Assembly (NCBI GenBank): GCA_020425925.1
Contig: JAGQRB010000304.1
Location: forward strand, 5,243-69,242
From: Planctomycetota bacterium
GTDB taxonomy: Bacteria > Planctomycetota > UBA1135 > UBA2386
Length of the DNA: 64,000 nucleotides
Direction of reading: 5' to 3'
The position numbers and the translations under genes were made by a program. Every line of letters begins with the position of its first letter. Position 1 is the first letter of the stretch. The notes under the pieces were generated by a model. That model worked only from the letters and a program-made list of their open reading frames with translations, did no database searches and was not told the origin of the DNA. Below are positions 52,041-61,975 of the stretch, piece after piece.

Positions 52041-55000
52041 CTACGACCCGCCTTGGGTCCCGTTCGTGACCATGTGCTTGAGGCCGGAAGGCGCGGTCGA
52101 GTCCTCGCCGCCGACGACCTCGAGCACGCCGTCCAGGTTGCTGTCCGACACGATCACCTGCAGCGGATGGCTGGAGTCCTGATCGAGTGGCGATCGGATC
52201 ACGCGGACATCGGGTTGCTCGTTCGGGCCGGAGATCGACTGCAGCAGTCGGATCTCGCTCCGAGTGCCTTCGGGGTCGTCGTCGTCGATCAGCAGGAAGC
52301 CACCTGCTCGCGAGTCGCGTCGTCGGTCGAAAGCGAAGGCCCGCACCGCGGATTCTGCAAAGGGCGCCTCGAACTCGGCGAGCGTCGTGATCGCGGCCGG
52401 CCGACCGACGCCCTTCGTCGGATCGGGATCCTGCTCGATGCAGAGCACCCGGAAGACGACGGAGTCGTTGGCGAGCTGCTCGGTCGTCAGCACGCACAGA
52501 TCCTCGAATGCGTCGCTTCCGACCGAGGCCTCGGCGATCCGGACCACGTCTTGATCGAGCGTCACGACCCGGGTCGCGTAGTTCATGTGCGACTCGAACA
52601 CGATGATCCTGGTGTGGTCGTTCGCGTCCACGACGGCGATGTCCTGGGTCGCGCGCTCGCTACCCTCGCCTGTCGGTGACAACGGTTCGCGCCGAACGAG
52701 CGCCATGCCGGCCTCGACGTAGAAGCCTCCCGGCCAGGCCGAGAACGCTTCCGGCGACGGCGCGTTGGCGAGATCGATGGAGAAGAGCTGTGCACCCGAC
52801 GATCCGGTCGGCGGCGGTTCGACCAGTCCGATCAGGTCCTTGATCTGGTGCGCGGTCGAGGTCGGCCGCATCCAGGCGCGGACGTCGAAGAGCCTGCCGT
52901 TCGCGGCGAACGTGAAGTCGTACGCGGGGCTGACGGTCAGATCCGGTGACCCGAGACCGTCGAGCCGGTCGATCGTTCCGACGCCCGATGCGGGATCGAA
53001 TGCGAGCACATCGGTCGAATCCTCGTTCCCGCCGAGGTGGATCCGCTCGACGCGGTGGATCGTGTGAGAGCCGCCGCGAAAGCCGCCGATCGTCGGTGTG
53101 TAGCTGCCTTCGAGGTTCGCCAGGTGCAGGCGACCACCCGTGATCAGATCGTCGTAGCCATCGCGGTTCGCGTCGATCAGGCCGGGACGAAGCGAGCGGT
53201 AGAACGGATTGCCCGCCGATTGCTGGAGCTCCCCGAGCCGGCCCGCGACGCTCGACAGCGAGGAAGCGAGATAGTTGAAATGACTCGGGTCGGAACTCGA
53301 GTTGCCGACCGACTCGCACGTCAGCAGATCGAGCCGGCGATCGCCGTTCACGTCGGCGAGCTGGAACCTGTCGGCCCAGGTGTTTCCGGCATCGTTCGGC
53401 GGCGGCTGCAGATCGTGGGGATCGAGCGCCCGCAGATCCTCGACGATCCGGCGCCACTCACCGACCGGTCCGGCATCCGGCGCGAGCAGCCATACCTCGG
53501 CGGCTCGCTGCCCCTGGCCGTACGGGCGACTCAGCACGGCGAGCAGGTCCGAGCCGGGGATACCGCCGCTGCTGCCATCGAGGTCCTCGGCGAAGATGCG
53601 CTGCAGGTTCCAGCTGCCGGCGCTGACCTCGGGGCCATCCGCAGGCGCGATCGCCCGCCAGGAGGCCGCGAAACCACCGCTCGCGGTTCGATCGAGCAGG
53701 TGCACGTCGAGGCGATGACGGGTCGTGCTGCCGACGCGGGGAAGGAGCTCGCGGACGAGCACGAGCCCGCGTTTGCCGTCGCCGGGGTCCCAGCCGGCCA
53801 GCCGCCAGACCCTCGCGTCGTCGTCGGCTGCTTCGATCGCAGGGGCTCGCGGCAGGGCTTCCGGGGTCGCGGAGATCGCCAGCGGCGGCGTGCTGCCGGA
53901 CAGACCGATGTGCCACATGTGCAGCAGGCCGTGCCCGGGGGAGAGGAACTCGGTCCCGGCGTTGCCGAGGACGACTTCCCAGGTGCTCGGGTCGCCGTCG
54001 AACTCGCCGCCGACCGTGGCGATCCGGATCGGTACGTCCATCGGAGGAGCCGAGACGAGCGGGATCGTCGCCTGTTGGTTCTGGACGTACCAGTCCTGCT
54101 GCGGATCCAGCACGACGGCGTTCAGTTCGACGTCGAGGTTCGCGCCGGACCTGACCCAGGTGGTGAACATCGCCACGCGGTAGACCCCGTTCGCACCGGT
54201 GAGCTCGAATGCGAACGCCTCGTCGCCGGGGGTATGGTCGGCCGTGGCGCCGGGGAGGAGCGCTCCCGTCGGCATGCAGATGCCGCCGCAGCTCTTCGGC
54301 CAGCTGACGTAGTAGAAGTTCCTGGCGGCGCGAACGATGCAGTCGGGCCCCATGGCGGAATCCGTCGCCACGATGCCGGTCACCCCATTCGAGAGGCCGA
54401 GGTCGAATGGCGGCGGTGGGGGCAGGATCTGCCGGGCTGCGAACTGTTGGCTCAGGCCGACCAGCGTTTCCTGCGTATTGGCGCCCTTCCGCGTGAAGAA
54501 CAGGTCGCGAGTTGCGCCGTCGGGCTCGCTGCCCGGCCAGACGTGGATCGCATCGGGCAGCAGGTTGGCGCGGAAACTCACGAACGGATTCGTGTTGAGC
54601 ATCGAGAAGCCCGCGCGGATCGCGGTCTCGAGCGGAGAGCCGCGGCGAGCCGCCGTGACCCTCACCTCGGCGACTCGCGGATCGGAGAAGCGCAGACCCA
54701 GGCCTTCGTCGCGGACGACGTTCCAGACGAAGAAGTGCGTCTTCCGCTCGAGTGGGGCGAGCGCGACGAGGGTCTGCGACTGCGGGTCGCCACGCTCGAA
54801 CGGCGTCGCCGGCCGCCAGGCGCCGTCGATGCGGTACTCGCCGCGCAGGTCGACCTCCATCGCCTGGGTCGGTGAGGGGTTGCGCAGGTCGAGAACGACG
54901 GGCAGCCGCAGCCACGGAGACCCCGGATCATCGGGTCTGGTGAGCATCGCGCTCGGATCGACGATCGAGGCGGCCTGGATCAACGGGGCGTAGCCGACGT

Positions 55001-55946
55001 TCGCGTTGGGCTCGGCGAGGCTCGACACGGTCTCGGCTTCGAACGGTGCGACCGTGCCGCTGCCGCGCTCCGCCGGGTAGACCTCGCGGTGCCGGATGCG
55101 CAGCCAGAGTCGCTCGTGCTGCCCGAGCGGGATCGAGTTGGTCGGAACGAGCGGATCGATCGTGAACTCGAGCGCGGATTCGACGAAGCCGTCGGGCCTC
55201 GGTTCCTGGAGGCCGTTCTGTCGCGCGACCTCCCCGAGGACCACCCAGTCCGTGGACGTCGGTGCTGCCGACGTCAGCGCGAATGCGAACTCGAACTCGG
55301 TGATGTCGCGGTCGCCGCCGCGGTCCAGCAGCGTCGCCGCGACGACGAACTCGCTCTCCGGGTCGGTGGCAGCTTTGCGGGTCAGTTCGACATCGGCGAG
55401 GTTGCCGAGCTCGCGGCCGATCGTCGCGTTGGTGAGCAACGGCCGCTTCGCCGCTACTGCCCGTGCGAAGCCGGGCGGTCGACTGGCGTCGACGAACACC
55501 GCGTCGAGGTCGACGTTGCGCACTTCGACCCGGCCCAGCGTTCGGCCGTGCTGCCAAAGGAGCAGATAGACCTCGACCGTCGCGGACGTGGCGAGTTCGA
55601 AACTGTCGCCCGAACTCGCGAGGGGCAGCGGGTTCGATGCGGCGTCGATCCGCTCGACGTCGGACGGCGGGACCTTCCGTGGGCCTTCACCGTCGCCGAG
55701 ATCGTATTCGAGGCGCAGGCGGATCGGGCGGGCCTCGGGCCGATTCACGGCGATCGCGATCAGGGTCGCGTCGTGCGCGACCTGTATCGAGGCTTGTATG
55801 GGCCCGGGAACGACGCTGGCTTCGCTGAGCTCCGGGGTGTCACGACCCTGCGCGTCGTCGACCACGAGTCCGACTACGGCCGGACCACACGCGGAAGCGC
55901 CGAGCAGCGATGCGAGCGCCGCGAACCTGATGATCGTTGTGGTCAA
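52041..55946 (-). CDS. Giant (~1300 aa) lipoprotein with FG-GAP/VCBS-like Ca-binding repeats
   Basis: TTG at 55946 is preceded by a perfect AGGAGG 8 nt upstream and gives LTTTIIRFAALASLLGASAC, with lipobox L-G-A-S-A-C. An in-frame ATG at 56018 is the alternative start. DVNGDRRLDLLT, DANRDGYDDLITGG and EDLDGSSGGIPGSDLLAV resemble FG-GAP loops. Confidence 0.8.
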   Translation of the reverse strand: MTTTIIRFAALASLLGASACGPAVVGLVVDDAQGRDTPELSEASVVPGPIQASIQVAHDATLIAIAVNRPEARPIRLRLEYDLGDGEGPRKVPPSDVERIDAASNPLPLASSGDSFELATSATVEVYLLLWQHGRTLGRVEVRNVDLDAVFVDASRPPGFARAVAAKRPLLTNATIGRELGNLADVELTRKAATDPESEFVVAATLLDRGGDRDITEFEFAFALTSAAPTSTDWVVLGEVARQNGLQEPRPDGFVESALEFTIDPLVPTNSIPLGQHERLWLRIRHREVYPAERGSGTVAPFEAETVSSLAEPNANVGYAPLIQAASIVDPSAMLTRPDDPGSPWLRLPVVLDLRNPSPTQAMEVDLRGEYRIDGAWRPATPFERGDPQSQTLVALAPLERKTHFFVWNVVRDEGLGLRFSDPRVAEVRVTAARRGSPLETAIRAGFSMLNTNPFVSFRANLLPDAIHVWPGSEPDGATRDLFFTRKGANTQETLVGLSQQFAARQILPPPPPFDLGLSNGVTGIVATDSAMGPDCIVRAARNFYYVSWPKSCGGICMPTGALLPGATADHTPGDEAFAFELTGANGVYRVAMFTTWVRSGANLDVELNAVVLDPQQDWYVQNQQATIPLVSAPPMDVPIRIATVGGEFDGDPSTWEVVLGNAGTEFLSPGHGLLHMWHIGLSGSTPPLAISATPEALPRAPAIEAADDDARVWRLAGWDPGDGKRGLVLVRELLPRVGSTTRHRLDVHLLDRTASGGFAASWRAIAPADGPEVSAGSWNLQRIFAEDLDGSSGGIPGSDLLAVLSRPYGQGQRAAEVWLLAPDAGPVGEWRRIVEDLRALDPHDLQPPPNDAGNTWADRFQLADVNGDRRLDLLTCESVGNSSSDPSHFNYLASSLSSVAGRLGELQQSAGNPFYRSLRPGLIDANRDGYDDLITGGRLHLANLEGSYTPTIGGFRGGSHTIHRVERIHLGGNEDSTDVLAFDPASGVGTIDRLDGLGSPDLTVSPAYDFTFAANGRLFDVRAWMRPTSTAHQIKDLIGLVEPPPTGSSGAQLFSIDLANAPSPEAFSAWPGGFYVEAGMALVRREPLSPTGEGSERATQDIAVVDANDHTRIIVFESHMNYATRVVTLDQDVVRIAEASVGSDAFEDLCVLTTEQLANDSVVFRVLCIEQDPDPTKGVGRPAAITTLAEFEAPFAESAVRAFAFDRRRDSRAGGFLLIDDDDPEGTRSEIRLLQSISGPNEQPDVRVIRSPLDQDSSHPLQVIVSDSNLDGVLEVVGGEDSTAPSGLKHMVTNGTQGGS

Positions 55947-56095
55947 GGCGGCTTCCTCCTGCAGAGCCGGGGAGTGGTTGATGCAGTCTCCCGGGACCAG
56001 TCTAGCCGCTCGCCGCAACGAGGCACAGCGACGGGATCCGGCGTTGGGATCGATGCGATGGCTCGGCTCTTTCGCGTGCGCCGTTCGCTCCTACA

Positions 56096-58108
56096 ATGCG
56101 AGCCATGGAAGGCGAGCCTTACCGCCCGTCGTGCGTCGTGGCCTCGTGGCTCGCCGGAGTCGTGTCGCTGTGGCTGGCCACGGCCACGCCCGGACAGCGC
56201 GCACGAGCGCAACGGCCCACCCGAGGCGAACCGGAGTCGACGGTCCTGTCGCCGGCCGATCGGCGGGCCTGGCGGAGCGACTACCTCGTCCGATCGGACG
56301 AGTTGGAAGCGGCAATCGCGGAGAAGCAGCAGCTTCTGCAGGCCATCGACAAAGTGCTGGAAGCCACGCCGCGCGACCACCCCGGGCTCGAGTCGCTGCG
56401 AGGCGTCCGCGCGGACGTTGCCGATGCAGAGGGCGCGCTGGCGGGGCAGCGGGCGCTCGTGCGGCAAGTGCTCGAGGGCCTCTACCTCGCAACGACCGCG
56501 AATCGGGACGGGGTACCGTCCGAGGTCGCCCACTTCGACATCGCGATAAGCGAGACGGCGCTGGTGAAAGCCCTCCTGGCTCGCTGCGGGGCCTTCGAGG
56601 ATCAGGTCAAACGGTGGGAGCCTCCCCGCTTGGAGATGCTCGAGCGGCTGGCGAACGACTCCCCGTTCCCCGAGACGGTGCGCGAGCGCCTGAGCGGAAT
56701 CGTCCCGGAAGAACGGGGTCGCCGCGCCGGCATCCTCGAGACGGAGAGAATCAGACTCACGGGGGGAACCCCGCCCCGGCAGATCCTCGAAACGCTCGAG
56801 GCATCGAAACACCTGTTCGAACAGGAGCCCGAGTTGTGCGGCGTCTGTCGTCGCGCCAGCGAACTGGCGTCCGCGGTCGAAGCGGGTTGGTCGCGCGCCA
56901 GGGCCGATCGTTTCGCGAGGATCCGGGGGCTCGCGCGCACGCTGGAGCTGGTGGACGACGAACCGGCGGAACTGCAATCGTGGAAGGTCGCGCGGCTCGA
57001 GCGGCATGCAGAGGATTGGGTGGGGGAGCTCGAGCGCGATCTGAAGGCCCTCCGGGACGGCTACTTCGAGAACTGGCAGGCGCTCGATGCGAAGCCGTCG
57101 TACGAGCGCGGTGACAGCCCTATCGTGGCCAGCTGCCGCGATCAGCGCGGCCGCTACGCGGAGCTGTTGGAGCAGCTTCGGGCGTTGCGCTCCGACCTGC
57201 CGCAGCTCGCGCCGCTGCTCAGGAACCTGCAGGCCCCGCCGGTCGAGAGTCTGCCGCCGATCCGGTTGCGCGAGTTCCCTGCGACGTGGAGCGGCGAAGC
57301 GCGACGACTCTGGCCCGAGCGCTTCGGGCCCGTCGGTCAGCGACGAAACGTCCGCTTCGAGCACGGCTATTGGTTCGTCGAGGGGCGCTCGACGGAGATG
57401 GTGCTGGTGCCACCGCGGCTCGAGCGGCCACCGGTCTTCTCGTTCGCGGGGGCGTGCACCGTGCCCGCCGTGCTGCTGCCGCCGCGCGTGCTGGCGCCGT
57501 TCCTGGTCGATCGGACTGAGGTCACCTGTAGTGAGTTCTGCGCGCGGATGAGCCGCGACCCTGGCGCGCGAACCATCGCGCTCGACCGCTGGTGGAACGA
57601 GCATCGCTTCAGCGTGTCGGCGTCCGTCGAAAGCGATCCGATGGCGTTGATCCACGGCATCAGCTTCGTGGTGGCGCGGGACTTCGCCGCGACTCTGGTC
57701 CCGGGTCTCGACCAGCCGCTGCGATTGCCGACCTGCGCGCAGTGGGACGCGGCCTGGGATCTTGCCGGGCTCGTCGCCACGCCGCTCGAGGTCCCCGATG
57801 CGAGTCAACTCGTCATCGAGCCGTCGGTCCCTGCGGACTCGACCGCTGGGTCGATGGCGATCCGCGGGCTCGACGGGGGGGTGGCGGAGTGGTGTCGCTT
57901 CGATGGCGAGATCAGGGTGGTCGTGTCCGGTGTTTCCCTGTTCAAGCCCTGGACCGACGTCCGCGGCGGCTTCGAGGCCTGGGAGTCGGCGATGGACGAG
58001 TACTTCGGCGATCCCCGGCGGCGATCGGAGCGCCCCGCCTATCTGTGCGCCCCGGCCTACGGGTTCCGATGTGTCTACGAGCTCCAGGAGGACCCATGGC
58101 AACGATGA
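56096..58108 (+). CDS. Membrane-anchored coiled-coil protein with a degenerate C-terminal FGE-sulfatase-like domain
   Basis: The N-terminal hydrophobic segment is CVVASWLAGVVSLWLATA. A long helical, charged region follows. The C-terminus has VDRTEVTCSEF, LRLPTCAQWDAAW, GLDGGVAEWC and YGFRCV, which mirror FGE-sulfatase motifs. It was preferred over the antisense ORF 55943..58102. Confidence 0.75.
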   Translation: MRAMEGEPYRPSCVVASWLAGVVSLWLATATPGQRARAQRPTRGEPESTVLSPADRRAWRSDYLVRSDELEAAIAEKQQLLQAIDKVLEATPRDHPGLESLRGVRADVADAEGALAGQRALVRQVLEGLYLATTANRDGVPSEVAHFDIAISETALVKALLARCGAFEDQVKRWEPPRLEMLERLANDSPFPETVRERLSGIVPEERGRRAGILETERIRLTGGTPPRQILETLEASKHLFEQEPELCGVCRRASELASAVEAGWSRARADRFARIRGLARTLELVDDEPAELQSWKVARLERHAEDWVGELERDLKALRDGYFENWQALDAKPSYERGDSPIVASCRDQRGRYAELLEQLRALRSDLPQLAPLLRNLQAPPVESLPPIRLREFPATWSGEARRLWPERFGPVGQRRNVRFEHGYWFVEGRSTEMVLVPPRLERPPVFSFAGACTVPAVLLPPRVLAPFLVDRTEVTCSEFCARMSRDPGARTIALDRWWNEHRFSVSASVESDPMALIHGISFVVARDFAATLVPGLDQPLRLPTCAQWDAAWDLAGLVATPLEVPDASQLVIEPSVPADSTAGSMAIRGLDGGVAEWCRFDGEIRVVVSGVSLFKPWTDVRGGFEAWESAMDEYFGDPRRRSERPAYLCAPAYGFRCVYELQEDPWQR

Positions 58109-59079
58109 AGTCGCTGCGCTCCGGCCTGCTCGCTGCGGGCTTGGGGCTGCTCGGCGCCTGCGCGGCTCCGAAACGCGTCGAGGGACCGCCGGCCAACCTG
58201 CGAGTGCTCGTCCTCGGCCTCGAGGATCCCGAGGGCCATTCCTTCGGGGAACGGGTTCTGCGCGGCTTCTCGGGGAAACTCGTCCAGGCGTTGGGGCGAA
58301 CCGACGGCGGTCTCGAAGCCGCGGTCGCAGTCCGGATTCCGAACTCGTCCGTGCCGCTCGAACTCGACTGCGAGAACGCCGACATCGTCATTCGCCCGAT
58401 CTGCCCGATTCGACCCGAGATCGAGGTCCGGGAGACGCGCTGGGGTTGGGCGCTGTCGCTGCCGCTGTGGATGGGCACCTGGATCCTCGGTCTCGTGATC
58501 GAAGACTGCCAGCTGTCGTTCGGTGACCGCTTCCGGCTCGAGTTCGAGATCGCGCCCGGCGGTGAACCGAGAGCCCCGTTCTACAAGCACAGTGTGGTGC
58601 CCGAGCCGATCCCGCTGACATTCTGGGAGCGCAACGATTTCTGGAGTTGGCCGACGGTGCTCACGCTGTTCTGTCCGCCCGTCATCCTGCCGTCGAAGGA
58701 TGTTCGCGGCGACGAACTCGTGGCGAGCGTGGCGCGCCAGCTCACCGTCTTCCTCAAGAACGACTTCGAGAGGGCGGCGTTCGAGCAGGGGGCCGGCAGC
58801 ATGGAACTCGAGTGCCGATCCTGCGACCACGACGCCGGCAACTTCGAGCTCGCCGGGACGATCCGCAGTCGCCGGGCCCCGATCGCGGAGGTGTTCGCGA
58901 CGATCGGCGGCCGGATCGTCGCCCTCGACCCGATCGCCGTACCGGGGGAACACGACGCGGTCGCGATATCGGCGACGTTGCCGTTTCCGCCCGAGCTCCC
59001 GGAAGGAGAGGCGCTCGATATCGTGGTGCGCGCGAGCTCCGACCAGGCGTTCTCGCGGACGCTGCGCGTCGTCCGATGA
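58096..59079 (+). CDS. Hypothetical lipoprotein
   Basis: AGGAGG lies 5 nt upstream of the ATG. MATMKSLRSGLLAAGLGLLGAC has lipobox L-L-G-A-C. It overlaps the upstream gene by 13 nt. Confidence 0.7.
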   Translation: MATMKSLRSGLLAAGLGLLGACAAPKRVEGPPANLRVLVLGLEDPEGHSFGERVLRGFSGKLVQALGRTDGGLEAAVAVRIPNSSVPLELDCENADIVIRPICPIRPEIEVRETRWGWALSLPLWMGTWILGLVIEDCQLSFGDRFRLEFEIAPGGEPRAPFYKHSVVPEPIPLTFWERNDFWSWPTVLTLFCPPVILPSKDVRGDELVASVARQLTVFLKNDFERAAFEQGAGSMELECRSCDHDAGNFELAGTIRSRRAPIAEVFATIGGRIVALDPIAVPGEHDAVAISATLPFPPELPEGEALDIVVRASSDQAFSRTLRVVR

Positions 59080-59080
59080 A

Positions 59081-61975
59081 TCAACGCTCGGGCTGCGGAT
59101 CGGTCGGCAACTTCTGCGACGTTCGGCTGCAGTAGAGCTCGAGCAGCTCTTTGCCGGCAAGCCGCGTCCCGCCGTCCGTCGGGATCGGGCGAGAGGGTGT
59201 CCAGATGCGAATCTCCTGCCCCCTTTCCTGATCGTGCACCGTGAGCAGGTAGACGCCATCGCGGCTGTAGGTTGCCCGCACGACCCGATCGAGCACGTCG
59301 AGTTCCGTGTCTCGCTTCCTGGTCGCAACGTCGAAGAACATCGCCGTTCCGTCCTCGGACACCGTGAATACGCGGTCATTGCCGAAACCGAACGTCGCGG
59401 CGGTCACCGCCTTGAGGTGGCCTTCGAGCTCGGCAACGAGGTGCCCGTCCTGGGCGGAATAGACCCGAGCGACCTTGTCCTCGCATGCCGTGACGATCCG
59501 GGAGCCGTCGGGCGAGAAGGACACCGCCGTCGGGATCGCGCCGGCGGCAATCGGGTCGGACTCGGGCAGCGTGCCGAGGCGCGTCGTCCCGTCCCACGAC
59601 ACCGTGGCGAAGCGATCGCCGCCGATCGCGAGGTCGAGGACGGCGCGGGTGTGGCCATGGGTCACCCTTCTCTGGGCCTTCTCGGCATGCAGCTGCCACA
59701 GTCCCACTTCGGCCGACGAGGAACTCGCGGCGAGCCAGCGGCCATCGGCACTGAAGCGCAGATTGCCCGGGACGCCGCCGAGGAGGTCGCCCGGGATGCC
59801 GGGCGCCTCGGGGTCGACCGTCAAGTCGATGCTGCGCCAGCGCGCGTCGGCGAATCGCCAGAGGGCAACCTGACCGGCCGCATCGGCGGTCGCGATCGCC
59901 GGACCGGGGCCGAACTCGATCACCCGGATGTCGCTGGTCGACGACAGCTCCTCCGCTGCGGCTGCCGTCGTGTTGCCGACCTTCCAGACCCGCAGGCCGT
60001 CGTCCGCGGCGGCGGCGACGAGCCGCCCGTCGGCGCTGAGGGCCGCCGTGCGGCAGTCACCCGGCATCACCCACTCGGCTGGCTCGCGCGAATACTCGAA
60101 CGTCAGCACGCGGGCTTCGCCCTCGGTCGACACGACGAGCACTCGGCGCGAGTCCGGCTGCGTCTCCTCCGTTGCGAAGGCCGCGACCCGAAATGCGACC
60201 GGAGCGTGGTCAGCCGACGGCCATCGGTGCAGCAAGCCGTGACGCCAGATCCTGTCGACCTTGCTCTCGAGCTCGGGCGGAGTGCCTCGCAGCTTCGCGA
60301 GCCGCAGACCAGCGAGGTCGTAGTCCTCCGCAGCCAGACTCTCGTTGGCCCGCTGCAGGATCTCCTTGTCGAGCTCGGCCTCGGCTCTCGATCGTTGGCG
60401 CGCAAAATAGGTATAGACCAGGATCAGGAGCAGCACGAGCGCGAGAACGCCGGTCACGATCCAGCGCACGCCCTGCCAGAACTTGTTGCTCCGCTCGCGC
60501 TGCCGCTCGCGTTCCGCGTCGGCCTCGCTGTCGCGGAAGAACCGATGGGCCGTTTCGAAGTCTTTCGCCGTGACCTCGTGGCGTTCGGCCCACGTGGCGT
60601 TCGGTCGGTTCGCTTCCACCCAGGCGCGGGTCAGCGCGAGTCGTGGGCCCTGGAGCCAGCTGCCCTCGCTACGGGCCTTCTCGCGCGCGCTCTTGACCAG
60701 GTCGCGCAGCCGATCGCGCGCGCGACGTTCGTCGTCGACCCATCTCGACAGCAGTGGCCACCGACGGATCAGGCTCTCGTGCGAGATGTCGACGCGCGGG
60801 TCCGCTTCGCTCGCATCGGAGAAGTAGACCAGACAGCGATCCTCGGCGCGGAACGGGTCGAGCACCGCGAGGATGGCCGCTTTCGACAGATTCGTGATCG
60901 CCTCGATCTCGCTGATACGGGCCGGGCGGCGCACACGGCGGTTGTTTTCGTCGGTGTCGGTCAGGCAGCGGAACACCTTCTGTGCGTCGGCCGCGTCGCA
61001 CAACGCGAGCGCTTCCCGGGCATCCTCGCTGAGCGCGAACGCGAGTCCGCCGGCGGTGTCGAAGTCGTCACGATCGATCCGTCCTGCCGCGCCTGCGGCC
61101 TGCCAGAGCTTCCAGGCGCGGAACAAGGCGTGTTGCAGGATCGGCAGCCTGTCCGAGCGGCTGCCGAGTTCGTTGAGCAGATAGTCGACGAGCCGCGGCG
61201 CCAGGTCGGTGCCGACGCTGCGCGCCGGTCCCGCGATCGCCTGGCGGAGCTGCTGTCGCGTCAACCGGGGCACGAGATAGCGCCCGCGGTTCATGGCCTC
61301 GGGAAGCCCGTAGAAGACGTCGCAGTCGCCGAGGAAGTCCGTACGCATCGTCAGCACGGTGTAGACCGGCAACTGTGACTCGCGGCCGAGCCGCACGATG
61401 AGGTCGACGAATGCCGCGGCTTCCTCGCGTTTCCGCGCGTCCTCGGCGGCGCGTGCCGGTGATACCGATCCGACGCGCACCGTGTTGTCCGTGTCGTCCT
61501 CCGGCGGACGGAATGCGAAGATCTCCTCGAACTGGTCGATGAGCAGCAGCAGGTTGTCGCGTGCACCGACCCGGCGCTCGATCCGGTCGAGAACCGCCTG
61601 TGCGTGCCGCTCGTGGATGTCCGCGAGCAGCGCATCGACGTCCGCCGCTGCCGGGGTTTCGTCATCGCCGGTCAGCAGCGCTCGCGCGAGATTGCGCAGC
61701 GGGGTGTCGCCGGGTTTGGCCTTCGCCACCTGCCACGAATCACGGCGTTCGACGAGGAACCCGGCGCGGAGCGCAGGGATCAGGCCGGCGCGGATCAGGG
61801 ACGATTTGCCGCATCCCGAGCTGCCGACGACGGCGAGGAAGCGGTAGCGATCGAGCGACGCGAGCAGCTCCGACGTCTGTTCGCGGCGGCCGAAGAAGCG
61901 GCGGATGTCCTCCGGCGTGTCGTCGAACGGTCGGAGGCCGACGAACGGGTTCTCGGTTGTGGCGACGCTCGTCAC
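59081..61975 (-). CDS. STAND (NACHT-like) P-loop NTPase with a single TM helix and a C-terminal WD40 beta-propeller
   Basis: GTG at 61975 overlaps the TGA of the TIR gene (GTGA). NPFVGLRPFDD...FFGRREQTSELL, Walker A VVGSSGCGKSSL and Walker B LLLLIDQFEE are present. The TM helix is WIVTGVLALVLLLILVYTYF (about 60404-60475). WD-like blades include LSADGRLVAAAADDGLRVW, FSADGRWLAASSSSAEVGLW, GHTRAVLDLA...TVSWDGTTRL, FSPDGSRIVTACEDKVARVY and GHLKAVTAATF...TVSEDGTAMFF. Confidence 0.9.
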   Translation of the reverse strand: MTSVATTENPFVGLRPFDDTPEDIRRFFGRREQTSELLASLDRYRFLAVVGSSGCGKSSLIRAGLIPALRAGFLVERRDSWQVAKAKPGDTPLRNLARALLTGDDETPAAADVDALLADIHERHAQAVLDRIERRVGARDNLLLLIDQFEEIFAFRPPEDDTDNTVRVGSVSPARAAEDARKREEAAAFVDLIVRLGRESQLPVYTVLTMRTDFLGDCDVFYGLPEAMNRGRYLVPRLTRQQLRQAIAGPARSVGTDLAPRLVDYLLNELGSRSDRLPILQHALFRAWKLWQAAGAAGRIDRDDFDTAGGLAFALSEDAREALALCDAADAQKVFRCLTDTDENNRRVRRPARISEIEAITNLSKAAILAVLDPFRAEDRCLVYFSDASEADPRVDISHESLIRRWPLLSRWVDDERRARDRLRDLVKSAREKARSEGSWLQGPRLALTRAWVEANRPNATWAERHEVTAKDFETAHRFFRDSEADAERERQRERSNKFWQGVRWIVTGVLALVLLLILVYTYFARQRSRAEAELDKEILQRANESLAAEDYDLAGLRLAKLRGTPPELESKVDRIWRHGLLHRWPSADHAPVAFRVAAFATEETQPDSRRVLVVSTEGEARVLTFEYSREPAEWVMPGDCRTAALSADGRLVAAAADDGLRVWKVGNTTAAAAEELSSTSDIRVIEFGPGPAIATADAAGQVALWRFADARWRSIDLTVDPEAPGIPGDLLGGVPGNLRFSADGRWLAASSSSAEVGLWQLHAEKAQRRVTHGHTRAVLDLAIGGDRFATVSWDGTTRLGTLPESDPIAAGAIPTAVSFSPDGSRIVTACEDKVARVYSAQDGHLVAELEGHLKAVTAATFGFGNDRVFTVSEDGTAMFFDVATRKRDTELDVLDRVVRATYSRDGVYLLTVHDQERGQEIRIWTPSRPIPTDGGTRLAGKELLELYCSRTSQKLPTDPQPER

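Noticed and set aside
55943-58102. 719-aa minus-strand ORF opposite 56096..58108
   Set aside because: The sequence is Arg/Glu/Pro/Leu-rich with no motifs. The plus-strand product has a TM anchor, coiled-coil heptads, FGE-like motifs and an RBS-preceded downstream partner.
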